A DNA stretch of 63,422 bases, the filler included, from Octopus bimaculoides (lineage: Eukaryota): NCBI RefSeq assembly GCF_001194135.2. It is 4 parts of 4 records of this genome, joined end to end, with 100 filler letters (N's around TTAATTAATTAA, not from the genome) between each part and the next. Parts side by side here need not be neighbours in the genome. Positions count along the whole stretch, not along the records: positions 1 to 30,940 come from NC_068987.1; 3 more parts are not named here. The stretch is one strand, 5' to 3'. Shown here piece by piece: positions 11,831 to 24,208 of this stretch. Position 1 is the stretch's first letter; each line of letters begins with the position of its first letter. Under the pieces are notes generated by a model. It was not told the DNA's origin and searched no databases. It saw only the letters and a list, made by a program, of their open reading frames with translations. The position numbers were made by a program, and so were the translations under genes.

Positions 11831-13013
11831 TTATTCACCTTAAAATTATAAATAATGACCACAGAAGGTATGGCTGTGAGTTCATGGACAGCCTTCGACT
11901 TTTCATATAAGATTTTTTAACCCTAATATTTTACAAATTATTGTATATAGCTTTGTGTAACTCTATATCAAACCTGACTGAGGAAATCTATAACTAAAGG
12001 TGTTCAAGCTGTGACTGTCCCATAAATTTTTAAGGCATAACGTATTCAGGACTACATTATCGTTGACACGTACGTTTTCTATTTTTAAGCACAGAAGGAT
12101 TTGATTTAACGGAAATTTGGTTGCTATTTCTAATGAGTCGAGTGGCAACGTAGAAACTCTACTCCCCGTTCTTGTAAGCAGCACTCCCTATCATCACTGG
12201 CAATGACCGCATACACTGCATCATAAGGTTTTATGATCGTTGACACCTCGACACATATATGAGATATAAATAATGATTTTTAATATCCATCTAATATTTC
12301 TGGAACATTCACAATCTTTATGAAACGTAAGTGAACGTAGAATTGTTTGGAATTTCCCCCCTCTTTGCAACAGGAGTGACAAGAAAAATGACACTGTAGC
12401 CGGATATACGTCAGTCATAAATCTGATATCATAAGAAAAACAGTGAAATAAACATGTTCAGAACCTTATTTGTTTCATAAGCAAATCTTGCAACAAGCAA
12501 ATTAGCTAGTTAGAAAATCTCTATAAGAGATAAAAGCAGTAACTATACTGAGAAGAAATGTTTACCGCCACTTAAACATGGCTGTTCTGTAGGAAACGAT
12601 GTTACTGCTATTTTTGATCCCACGGGAAGGCCTCCTCTAGTTAGTTATTTGATGCAATCTGCACCCGATATATGTTGCAAGCAGGAGAGTGAACCCCTAC
12701 CATATTCCAACCACAAGACCACTAGACCGTACAGCTTCGATCTCTTTGTGGTCAACCTCAAAGGTGGATACTCGTCCGCTAGTGATAGCAGTAGTAAACA
12801 ATCTTAAGACGACTTTTGGCAAAATAAAACAAAAAGTACAGAAGCTGAAATCTCTTCACAAGACAAACGAAAACAATATAACGTTTTAGAAATAGTAGTA
12901 GAACAACTATAATTGAAATGTATGCATGTACGTATGTATGTATGTATGTATGTATGTAAGTGTGCGTGTGTGTGTGTGTTTAAGTAAGTTTGAATGTATA
13001 TATGTATGAATGA

Positions 13014-13403
13014 GTGGAGGCGCAATGGCCCAGTGGTTAGGGCAGCGGACTCGCGGTCATAGGATCGTGGTTTCGATTCCCAGACCGGGCGTTGCGAGTG
13101 TTTATTGAGCGAAAACACCTAAAAAAGCTCCACGAAGCTCCGGCAGGGGATAGTGGCGAACCCTGCTGTACTCTTCCACCACAACTTTCTCTCACTCTTA
13201 CTTCCTGTTTCTATTGTACCTGTAATTCAAGGGGCCAGCCTTGTCACACTGTGTCACACTGAATATCCCCGAGAACTACGTTAAGGGTACACGTGTCTGT
13301 GGAGTGCTCAGCCACTTGCACGTTAATTTCACGAGCAGGCTGTTCCGTTGATCGGATCAACTGGAATCCTCGACGTCGTAAGCGACGGAGTGCCAACAAC
13401 AAC
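13014..13403 (+). mobile_element. Young tRNA-derived SINE family B (OR-like) with target-site duplication
   Basis: A box TGGCCCAGTGG, B box GGTTTCGATTCC and tail GTGCCAACAACAAC. Flanked by the direct repeat atgtatgaatgagt (13002-13015 and 13404-13417). Confidence 0.92.
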
Positions 13404-14086
13404 ATGTATGAATGAGTGTACTACGTACTATGTATGTATGTTCTCTTTCTCTTTGAATTTTAGAGTAAATTTTGACCGACCACCTGCTTGGTAGCAAGGT
13501 TGTGAAGGAAAGTAGCTGGTTTTAAACCATCATTCTTTAAATCTTAAGAAGTTTGTCTGTGTGTCTGTCTGTATTTCGGATTTATTTTAAGCTTTCCCGC
13601 TGCAGAATTCAAGCCGGACACCAATAAAGACGCATTACCATTTACGTGAGGGTGTGTACGTATGTATGTATATATTTGTGTATATAAATGCATTGAATAT
13701 ATATGTGTGCGTGTGTATGTATTGTATGTGTGTATGTGTATATATATGAGTGTGTATGTGCATGAATATATGTATGTTTATGTATGTATGCGTGAGTATA
13801 TGCGTTTATGTATGAGATGTATGTGTATGAATGTATATATGTATAAGCACGTGTATATAAATATAAACAAACTAACATTTGCTCTATTTTTTAAACGCCG
13901 AAATGTGTATGTAGATACAGTTTTCCGCTTCATAAGGGTAATTTACTCAATGTTTCTGCTGTTTTAACGGCGTTTCTGCGTTCGAAAATAAATTATCATC
14001 TTGTTTCTATGTATATGTATGTAATATGTACGCATGTGTGTTTATGTCAGTGTGTATGTATTTGTATGCATTTAAGTTGACATGTA

Positions 14087-14129
<43 letters not shown>

Positions 14130-14615
14130 TCTTTTNNNNNNNNNNNNNNNNNNNNNNNNNNNNNNNNNNNNNNNNNNNNNNNNNNNNNNNNNNNNNNNNN
14201 NNNNNNNNNNNNNNNNNNNNNNNNNNNNNNNNNNNNNNNNNNNNNNNNNNNNNNNNNNNNNNNNNNNNNNNNNNNNNNNNNNNNNNNNNNNNNNNNNNNN
14301 NNNNNNNNNNNNNNNNNNNNNNNNNNNNNNNNNNNNNNNNNNNNNNNNNNNNNNNNNNNNNNNNNNNNNNNNNNNNNNNNNNNNNNNNNNNNNNNNNNNN
14401 NNNNNNNNNNNNNNNNNNNNNNNNNNNNNNNNNNNNNNNNNNNNNNNNNNNNNNNNNNNNNNNNNNNNNNNNNNNNNNNNNNNNNNNNNNNNNNNNNNNN
14501 NNNNNNNNNNNNNNNNNNNNNNNNNNNNNNNNNNNNNNNNNNNNNNNNNNNNNNNNNNNNNNNNNNNNNNNNNNNNNNNNNNNNNNNNNNNNNNNNNNNN
14601 NNNNNNNNNNNNNNN

Positions 14616-14654
<39 letters not shown>

Positions 14655-14715
14655 TGTGTGTGTGTGTGTGTGTGTGGGTGTTTGGGTGTGTGGGTGTGTG
14701 GGTGTGTGTGTGTAT

Positions 14716-15345
14716 GATGATAACACAACCGTTAGAAAGAGCTATATCGGACCATGTGAAGACGAATTAAAAGATTGCTATGCTTAATCACTTATCTTCC
14801 TTCCGACACAGGGACAAAAGTAAAGCTACTATGTTGGCTAGCCACCTATTGAAGTTAAAGTCGAACGCTACACCGCATACGATAAAGTGGAAACTTGTCG
14901 AAAAATGCACACCATATGTTAACGGATCAAAAAATATGTACCCTATGAAAGAATGCAGGTCCTTTTCAGATCTAAGAACTCTAACACATTGTTGAATTCA
15001 AGATCCGAAATTTTCAGTGCTACTCTCACTGGATTGAATAACTGTACCACAAACTCTAAGCCACTATCTTTTCAGCCTTATACTTTACGGTCTAATGGCA
15101 AATAACTTTAGTTCCCCACTTTTGCTTCTTTCTGTTTTATTTTTCGATTTCCGGTTTTTCAATCTTCCACCTTTTATATTCACTTCTTTTTCGCCTTTTC
15201 TCGCTTGTTCGTTATGTCATGTGGACAGTGCTTGATGATTGTGATAAGACACCAAACGTCTTAAAAAATACTGTCTGGCATGCTCTCAGCACATGAAGTT
15301 AATAGTAGCACATAAAAGCATATATTGTGTTTATTAAATAATATT
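14716..15345 (+). mobile_element. PLE (Naiad-like) 3' fragment: GIY-YIG end plus 3' tail
   Basis: Reads DDNTTVRKSYIGPCEDELK..NHLSSFRHRDKSKATMLASHL..IKWKLVEKCTPYVNGSK. Clearly the same family as 5603-5900. Confidence 0.85.
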
Positions 15346-15766
15346 TATCTCTCACCAGACGGTATGCTTTTTTGTTGATCTTACCATCACGGAACAATAA
15401 CTATATGAATACATATGTATGTATGAATATATGTGTGAATGTATCATTTTTTCTTTTATGTTGTATTTATTTCAGTCAATTGACTGCAGCCATGCTGGGG
15501 CGTCTTCTTGATGCATTTAGTCGAAGAAATGTACCCCAGTGCTTAGTTTAAAGCTTGGTATTAATTATATCGTTGATTTTTGCCGAAAGGCCAAGCTACG
15601 TGAGTGTGCACAAGCCAACACTAGCATACATACATACATACATACATACATACATACATACATNNNNNNNNNNNNNNNNNNNNNNNNNNNNNNNNNNNNN
15701 NNNNNNNNNNNNNNNNNNNNNNNNNNNNNNNNNNNNNNNNNNNNNNNNNNNNNNNNNNNNNNNATA

Positions 15767-15802
<36 letters not shown>

Positions 15803-17081
15803 TGTATATTATTAACAACATATACTTAATGTATATGCTTTGTGTATTTTCCGGTGGCTGTAATAGCGTAGTGGAGTATATACACTCTTAAAGTGTCAGG
15901 TGGTAAAGGACTTCAGGGTGATAGGCAGGCGAAATAAGTCACCCTCAATCCCGTTTCAGAGTGATGGACACCGGTTGTTTCGCCATTTTTTGTGGCTTGT
16001 CAACACCATGTACCCGCCAGGGTTGATGGCAAGTCACCTAGCCAGTCTGCGACTTATATGCTCATGGGTTGTAAAACCATGTGCTGACCTACCCAGAAAT
16101 TGCATACGCAAGAGAAAATTTACATATGAATTAAAAGCAGCTCTTCTATAATAAATATTAATTACGTATACTTAATGTATATGCTTATATGTATATNNNN
16201 NNNNNNNNNNNNNNNNNNNNNNNNNNNNNNNNNNNNNNNNNNNNNNNNNNNNNNNNNNNNNNNNNNNNNNNNNNNNNNNNNNNNNNNNNNNNNNNNNNNN
16301 NNNNNNNNNNNNNNNNNNNNNNNNNNNNNNNNNNNNNNNNNNNNNNNNNNNNNNNNNNNNNNNNNNNNNNNNNNNNNNNNNNNNNNNNNNNNNNNNNNNN
16401 NNNNNNNNNNNNNNNNNNNNNNNNNNNNNNNNNNNNNNNNNNNNNNNNNNNNNNNNNNNNNNNNNNNNNNNNNNNNNNNNNNNNNNNNNNNNNNNNNNNN
16501 NNNNNNNNNNNNNNNNNNNNNNNNNNNNNNNNNNNNNNNNNNNNNNNNNNNNNNNNNNNNNNNNNNNNNNNNNNNNNNNNNNNNNNNNNNNNNNNNNNNN
16601 NNNNNNNNNNNNNNNNNNNNNNNNNNNNNNNNNNNNNNNNNNNNNNNNNNNNNNNNNNNNNNNNNNNNNNNNNNNNNNNNNNNNNNNNNNNNNNNNNNNN
16701 NNNNNNNNNNNNNNNNNNNNNNNNNNNNNNNNNNNNNNNNNNNNNNNNNNNNNNNNNNNNNNNNNNNNNNNNNNNNNNNNNNNNNNNNNNNNNNNNNNNN
16801 NNNNNNNNNNNNNNNNNNNNNNNNNNNNNNNNNNNNNNNNNNNNNNNNNNNNNNNNNNNNNNNNNNNNNNNNNNNNNNNNNNNNNNNNNNNNNNNNNNNN
16901 NNNNNNNNNNNNNNNNNNNNNNNNNNNNNNNNNNNNNNNNNNNNNNNNNNNNNNNNNNNNNNNNNNNNNNNNNNNNNNNNNNNNNNNNNNNNNNNNNNNN
17001 NNNNNNNNNNNNNNNNNNNNNNNNNNNNNNNNNNNNNNNNNNNNNNNNNNNNNNNNNNNNNNNNNNNNNNNCACACACACA

Positions 17082-17115
<34 letters not shown>

Positions 17116-17439
17116 AGCACACGTGTATGCACACACGCGTGTACACACACACATACTTATGTACACACAAATATAAATGATTTGGCTTATGCTTCTTGCC
17201 TCCCAAAGTGTGAAACACATATTTATATTAGAATTGTTTTGAGACTGATGTTTGTGCAGCTTAGTCTATGTATATGTAAATAGTAAAACGTTGCTAATTA
17301 TGATGGAATCCACATTGCAAGTGATTAATTACGAGATATCAGTAGTAATTTACATGTTCTGCATTCAGTCGAAGCTGTTTTTATGCTGATATAGATTGCT
17401 GAATGGATGCGTGTTATGTTAGCATGTTAAATTTGAGTT

Positions 17440-19875
17440 ACAAATTTTCATAAAGTTTCGTTTGTCATATTGTTTTGAGTGATTTAAATGCAGAATTTTA
17501 TGCTGATTCCAAAAATGTGTTTATTTTTTCTCTATCATCAACTGTTTTGGAGATATATAGAATTATGCCAATATACACATATCATACATCACGTATCATC
17601 ATACATCATACATACATCATACATATCATCATACACCACATATCACCATATACACATATCATACATCTGGCAACTGCCTGTGTAAACACAAGCTCTCATA
17701 TCACTTGATCACAGTTTGTTGCGTGACGTAACTCTTGCTGTAAAGCATATTTTTCTATTCTACTAATAAATCACTCATTCCTAAAGTTTATATTTTACCC
17801 CCATTATTCGTATAAAATTATTGAAAGGTTTAAGTGAAAATGCAGTGTCGTCACCGCCTTCTGCTATACACAACAGACTCAACAGAGACGCCTCAGTGGT
17901 CTCATGGATACCACAGCTAGTGAAAGGAAGTGTTGTGCTTTTGTCTCTCATCCCTCCATCTTTTGTCCGGCGTTCCATTTGGCTTTGGACCTATACCTGT
18001 TTGATCACTTTTTGATCACGCGCATTGCACATTTGTCACTTATATTTCTTTCTTTTTCAGATTTTTATTGTAAACATTGAATTATTCTGACCATGGCTAC
18101 GCGACGATGCAGAAATTCACCAGATATATTCTGTTATACGTGTGGATGCTATGTTGAAAGAAAGTATGTGGTATATAAAATTGTGAAAGGTGCGAAGTAC
18201 TGGATTGCTTATACACTGTATTTTGGAATAAGTATGGGTAACCAAGGAAAACCATGGGCCCTTCATGTGATACGTGGAACTTGTAGATCAAATTTAGATG
18301 AATGGCTTAGAGGTGCAAGAAAAGCAATGCGTTTGGCTGTTCCGAGAGTTTGGCGAGTCAAAAAATCCTCACGATGATTGCTATTTTTGCATGGTTAATA
18401 TATCAAAGTACAGAAGAGTTAAGAGAAGAAAACTCCTTCTGTATCCCAGAATTCAATCCTCCATTGCACATATGCCACATGATGATGATTTACCGGTTCC
18501 ACGGCAGCCAGAAAATGTTAGTACATCCTATGAAAGTGTTAATAACAAATTTAAATTTCATTCATGGTAACAGAATCACTATTGAAATAATATATGGTTA
18601 CACATAAAAATCTTATTAAGATTTCAACTATTAAACGCAACCTTTTAAATTTTTCAGGTAGAGGATATGATGGAGGTCTCAGCAGGAGAGTCTGAAGGTG
18701 ACAACGAAGATATGGGTGAAACATTTGAGCTAGGAATGAGTACCTGCCTACACTTTCCAAATCAACATGAACTGGATATTTTCTTCAGGGACTTGGTTCT
18801 CACTAAGTCAGGAGCTGAGCTTTTAGCATCCAGGCTGAATGAATGGAATCTCTTGGGGAAAGACTGCAGATTAACAGTATACAGGAAGCGCCATGAGGAA
18901 TTCGAAGTATACTTTGACATAAGTGAGGATATCTGCTTCTGCAAAAATATAAATGGCTTGTTTAACCATTGGAATTTATCAGAACCCTGAAAAATGGCGA
19001 TGTTTCATAGATAGCTCAACAAAAATCCTCAAAGCCGCTTTATTACACAATGGAAACCAGCATCCATCCCTGCCTATTGCATACTCGGTACATATGAAAG
19101 AAGAATATTACAATACAAAAGAGCTTCTTGAGAAAGTAAACTATGATAAGTTTAAATGAGATGTTTGTGGTGACTTTAAAATGCTTGTCTTCTTACTTGG
19201 ATTACAGGCTGGGTACACTAAATATTCCTGTTTTCTTTATCTATGGGACAGTAGGGATGATCATGAACATTACTAGAAGGCTGAGTGGCTCCCATGAAAT
19301 GACCCCCAGCCAGGAAAGCTAAATGTTATAAGACAACCTCTTGTAGAGCCTGCAAAAGCATCATTACCTCCACTTTACATAAAGCTGGGTTTGGTCAAAC
19401 AGTTTTTAAAGGTTTTAGATCGCGGTGGAGAAGCATTTCAAGAAATTCATCTGCTCTTTCCAAAGCTATCTGAGGCAAACGTTAAGGGTGATATATTTAC
19501 TGGATCACAAGTAAGGAACATGCTGAGTGATCTAGAAAGAGAGGCATGGTGTGCATTTCGAGATATTGTCAATAGATTTCTTGGTAATAACAAAGACTCA
19601 AACTACAAGCAGCTCGTAGCAAAATTTATTGAGAGTTATAAGAATTTAGGCTGAAGAATGTCATTAAAGGTACACTTTTGCATTCGCATTTAGACTTTTT
19701 TTCGTGAAAACTTAGGTCAAATGAGTGAGGAATATGGTGAGAGATTCCATCAAGATATTGGTGCAATGGAGAAAAGATACCAAGGAAGATGGGACACTGC
19801 AATTATGGGGGACTATATATGGTCATTGGTGCGTACAGATAAAGGAGCTCACAGTAGGCGAGCACGATCTTCGGA
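17440..19875 (+). mobile_element. Chapaev3-like (CMC) DNA transposon, decayed, with intron-containing transposase
   Basis: Fragments across frames from 18093: CRNSPDIFCYTCG, YFG..NQGKPWALHV, DCYFCMV, RDLVLTKSGAELLASRL, WRCFIDSS..LKAALLHNGN, LGLQAGYTKYSCF, PPLYIKLGLVKQFLK, FLGNNK, EEYGERFHQDI..RYQGRW. The superfamily name comes from recalled motif similarity. TIRs were not located and the 5' boundary is approximate. Confidence 0.7.
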
Positions 19876-20162
19876 ATATGGCAGTTTCGCATCCATCATA
19901 TACACAACATATAAATACACATACACAAATACATACATTTGTATGCATCTATATATGGATATATATATACACATATATAGGCACACATACAAATATATAT
20001 CCTAGCTTAGATATGTATAGATTATATATACGAGGATATAAAGCATAAGCACACAGACCAATATGTACGTATGTAAGTATTATGTATGTGCGGGCGTGCC
20101 TGTGTAAAAACATGTACAAACAAAAATCTATGAGAAATTCTGGTATATATTTATTTATTTTT

Positions 20163-20372
20163 TTATTGCCCACAGGGGGCTAAACATAGAGGGGACAAAC
20201 AAGGAGATTAAGTCAATTACATGACCCCGTGTGTAACTGGTACTTATTTAATCGACCCCGAAAGGATGAAAGGCAAAATCAACCTCGGCGGAGTTTGAAC
20301 TCAGAACGTAACGGCCAGACGAAATACCACATAGCATTTCGCCTGGCGTGCTAATGATTCTGCCAGCTCACT
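20163..20372 (-). mobile_element. SINE family D copy
   Basis: Reverse complement of the 29012-29240 copy, including the gggcaataaa tail. Confidence 0.85.
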
Positions 20373-20407
20373 ATCACATATAGAGAAATTAATAATTAAA
20401 AGCACAA

Positions 20408-20520
20408 TAAATGAGTATAATATAAAGTAAAGTAAATATCATAAGATAAATATAATATAATATAATATTATATTATATTTATCTTATGATATTTACTTTA
20501 CTTTATATTATACTCATTTA
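20408..20520. repeat. Perfect 113-bp AT-rich palindrome ending at an assembly gap
   Basis: 56-bp arms are exact reverse complements around 20464. Confidence 0.9.
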
Positions 20521-21492
20521 NNNNNNNNNNNNNNNNNNNNNNNNNNNNNNNNNNNNNNNNNNNNNNNNNNNNNNNNNNNNNNNNNNNNNNNNNNNNNNNN
20601 NNNNNNNNNNNNNNNNNNNNNNNNNNNNNNNNNNNNNNNNNNNNNNNNNNNNNNNNNNNNNNNNNNNNNNNNNNNNNNNNNNNNNNNNNNNNNNNNNNNN
20701 NNNNNNNNNNNNNNNNNNNNNNNNNNNNNNNNNNNNNNNNNNNNNNNNNNNNNNNNNNNNNNNNNNNNNNNNNNNNNNNNNNNNNNNNNNNNNNNNNNNN
20801 NNNNNNNNNNNNNNNNNNNNNNNNNNNNNNNNNNNNNNNNATATATATTACGTATTACTGTTATATAAATTATTGGTATAAACATGAGCATCCCGAACAC
20901 AAACCCACATTTAATCTAAAACATTTCAAATAAAAAAATAAAACTGAATTAAACTTAATTTACTTCCACACGCAGAAATTCTTGTCATAACATTTAAGAA
21001 TAACATTTGGATGTTATGAATGGTTATCTTTAGTCGATTTTTTTGCGAAATATGATAATGTTATCCGTCAATTCTTTTGGTTTTAGAGTTCAAACATTTA
21101 GGCTCGATTCTCAAGGAATGCCAACAGCTACAAGATCTTCAGTATAACAAGAAGTAGGATCAGATCAAGGTGGAATGTGGCCTTTTTCACATTTCAACGT
21201 TGTGGCCCATCGACCCTTCGAATTCTCTAGATCATCATAACTATTATATACAGCCCATTTTGAAAATATCTATCATATTAGTAAGCAATAAAAGTATTTA
21301 TTTGCCTATAATAAGGGCAACAAGAAAAAAATGCAAATTTTCAACGCATTCTAGGTAATGCAGTAAGCGCTCTCCCTCCGTAATTTACTTGCGGTGAGTC
21401 GCAGTATAGCGCTGCCAGTCACCATGCGGTGACTGGAAAAGCATAAGAGAGGTAATCCTTTAATTCAGCTAGCAGTGTCGTCTACTTAGTGT

Positions 21493-21540
21493 CTGTGATC
21501 GATGAGGAGACAACTACTCCGAAATGTTAACATCTCACAG
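21493..21540 (+). ncRNA. Minimal type I hammerhead ribozyme-like motif (PLE/retrozyme type) with variant core
   Basis: CUGUGA-UCGAUGA-GGAG acaacua CUCC-GAAA-UGUUAACA-UC-UCACAG. Stem I is 6 bp, stem II 4 bp, stem III is palindromic, and the cleavage triplet is AUC. The core differs from CUGAUGA at positions 3-4. Confidence 0.75.
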
Positions 21541-22126
21541 CTGATCTAGATGTATACACACTGTTTGTCAACAAGCGAGATATATTCTCCGTGACAAAAC
21601 GCAGTGAGTAGCTTGTTCCCTAGTTCGAACGTGCATCAAACTCATTCGGTCTGATAATAACATTGTAATTTCACTTATCACTGCTTAGCGCTCCCACTCC
21701 GTAATTTACTTTTATGTAGTCTGTTAGTCTACTAGAAACAACAGTGCGCTCTCTGATATATTTCATCATTATGGATCTCTAACTGTTTCAACTATCGCTC
21801 CTTTACTTTTACTAACATTTTCAGTACCTCTATGTAGAATTCACCGCCCATTCTCCACCATTTTTAATGTACATGCACATAACATTAAGTCAGTGTAATT
21901 TAGTTTTAGCTACTAATTTGAGGCTGGTAACTACTTACCAAGCACCACTCTACTATAACTGAATACTATAAGAATAAGTGGTATATATTCGGTTTTTGCT
22001 TACTTATTCACATTTCATAGTCTATTATTATTGATGTTGTTGTCATTGTTATTGACCTTTGTTGTGATTGTGACTAACGAGCTTGCTTTCCAACCATGTG
22101 ATCTTAAGTTCCCTCCTACTGCTTGT

Positions 22127-22164
<38 letters not shown>

Positions 22165-22641
22165 CATATTCAGAAATCAGTACTGGGGTCAATTTGTTCG
22201 ACTAAATCCATTAAAGGCGGTGCCCCAGCATCGTCGAAATTCAATGACTGAAATAAGTAAAAGATAAAAGCTAGATGCTATTGTCACTGCTGGAATACTT
22301 TTAATCATAGATTTGCTTGATCAATCACAAGAACATTAACAGTAAAAGCCACAACAACAGCAGCAGCAGCAGCATCAACAACAACAACAACAACAGCAAC
22401 AACAACAAAAACAGCAGCAGGAACTTCATCGCCACCATCAACGATGCAATTGAAATGCCTACATTCTTTTGCAGGAACATTTAGTAAAAAAGCCTCCTGG
22501 TGTTAGAAATGGCATTTGCCATAATAATAATTACAGTGACTTTTATTGGCAGTATTTTCAAACATTTTTTGCAGTTATTTATTATTTATTACTTTCATTC
22601 TGCTGTAGGTTGCATGAAACATTTAAATATGGGTTTGTAAT

Positions 22642-22679
<38 letters not shown>

Positions 22680-23170
22680 CCTTATCTCTTCCTCCTCTCT
22701 TCCCCCTCTCTCTCTCCCCACCTGTCTCTCTCCAAAGATTATCACATTGGGGCGCTAGAGCAAACGTAGAAGCCTCTACGTGGTCACTCAGCTTACTAAA
22801 AATAAGTTGTCAAATTTTCCTCACCCTACCGACTTAAAACACCATACAGACTTAAAACAAGGACACATTTGATAATATAGTCCTAAATGATGTTTCTAAA
22901 ATAAATGGGGTATTCATGGTTGGATTAGCTTTCGTCATTGTTTTGCTCAAAAGAGACTGGACGCTACTCAACAAAAGCAATACTGAAGCAGTTATGTGAG
23001 TTCGAGCCCCATCCCACCGAATATATGCATCTTTGTTTTTTGAAATGTTAAAATACAGAAACTTCTATTCAGTGTTAAATCTAAGTTGAACCAACAAATT
23101 TACTTTCATTGTCCAATCATAAAGTAAATGACACATCGTTATCCATTGTGGTTTATTGAGTACTAAATAC

Positions 23171-23339
23171 CTGGCGACACCGTATGCACTGACTGTTAGG
23201 GCTAAATTTGGCGATTTTTTAACGTCTCCTTTTTCAGGAACCGCTTCATGAATTGGTGAACAGTCAACGGAGTTGAAGAGGATAAAGACTGAAGTTGCAG
23301 TTGAGGAAAAGTTAGCTGACATGGAGGACCGGAAGCCAT
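23171..23339 (-). CDS. Candidate internal exon (169 nt, phase 1 to 2) of a putative CUB-like gene
   Basis: Acceptor ttctttctaatattcag and donor AG|GTATTT. GC looks higher than the flanks by eye. The open frame reads (D)GFRSSMSANFSSTATSVFILFNSVDCSPIHEAVPEKGDVKKSPNLALTVSAYGVA(R). Confidence 0.4.
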
Positions 23340-23361
23340 CTGAATATTAGAAAGAAGTTAC

Positions 23362-23432
23362 CTGTATCATGATAATTCACGACAGGTGTCAAAATAACGA
23401 CATCATGACTGCTGCTTAATGCTTTGTGAATA
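23362..23432 (-). CDS. Candidate exon (71 nt, phase 2 to 1), only 22 nt upstream of the previous one
   Basis: Acceptor cattttactgcctttacag and donor CAG|GTAACT. Reads IHKALSSSHDVVILTPVVNYHDT. Confidence 0.25.
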
Positions 23433-23527
23433 CTGTAAAGGCAGTAAAATGTGACAAGGACGTGTCCCACGTATCACGAAAACCAAGTCCCCCCCCAAAC
23501 TGTGATGGTCTTTGGGTGTGTCTCTAA

Positions 23528-23836
23528 TGGAGGCGCATGGCTAAGGAGTTAGGTTATTCGGCTCACGATCGTGAGGTCATGAGTTCGATATCCGGCGACG
23601 GTTGTGTCTTTGAGCAAGACACTTTATTTCACGTTGCGCCAGTTCACTCAGCTGGCAAAAATGAATAGTATCTGTATTTCAAAGTACCAGCCATGTCACA
23701 TTCTGTGAACATCCCTGAGAACTACGTTAAGAGAATGCGTATCTGTGGAGGACTCAGCCACTTGTGCGTTAATTCCGAGAGCAGGATGCTCCGTAGATCG
23801 GATCAACTGGAATCCTTGCCGTCGTAAACGATGGAG
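23528..23836 (+). mobile_element. tRNA-derived SINE family C with a B-type 3' tail
   Basis: Head GGAGGCGCATGGCTAAGGAGTTAGG..GAGTTCGATATCC, then CTTTGAGCAAGACACTTTATTTCACG, and tail ATCGGATCAACTGG. Confidence 0.85.
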
Positions 23837-24208
23837 TGCCAGTCAATGAGGGTAACATCATGCTGCCCCACGTCCTTGAACAGAACTTTAGGCTCAATTC
23901 AGACGGCTATGTGAAGCTGCTGGAGACTGGTTGGAAAGGGTTGCTGCTAGAGGGCAGCAGAATTCAACTTCTTTACATACCACCGGAAAAAGTCAAAGGT
24001 GGTGGTCGGAGAATTTTAACGACTTCACCAGCCCCAATTTCTGGCTCCATAATCCCATGAATTACTATGTGTGAGGTTCAGTTGAGAAAAGCACAAACCG
24101 GTCTGCCTGCAACATCAAGGCCAAGCTGGTAGCCAGGATAAAGGAGATGTTTGAAGATCTTCCTTGGGACACAATAAGGAAAGCGTGCACCAGGTTTTGG
24201 AGTTACCT
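23837..24208 (+). mobile_element. Tc1/mariner-superfamily (DD37D/maT-like) transposase C-terminal fragment
   Basis: With frameshifts, reads EGNIMLPHV..RLNSDGYVKLLET, WLERVAA..QQNS..HT..KSQRW.SENF.DF.SPNFW..NPMNYYV*GSVEK..IRKACTRF. Confidence 0.75.

Noticed and set aside
13014-13090. tRNA genes at SINE heads
   Set aside because: The A/B boxes continue into SINE bodies with TSDs and many copies, so they are not stand-alone tRNAs.
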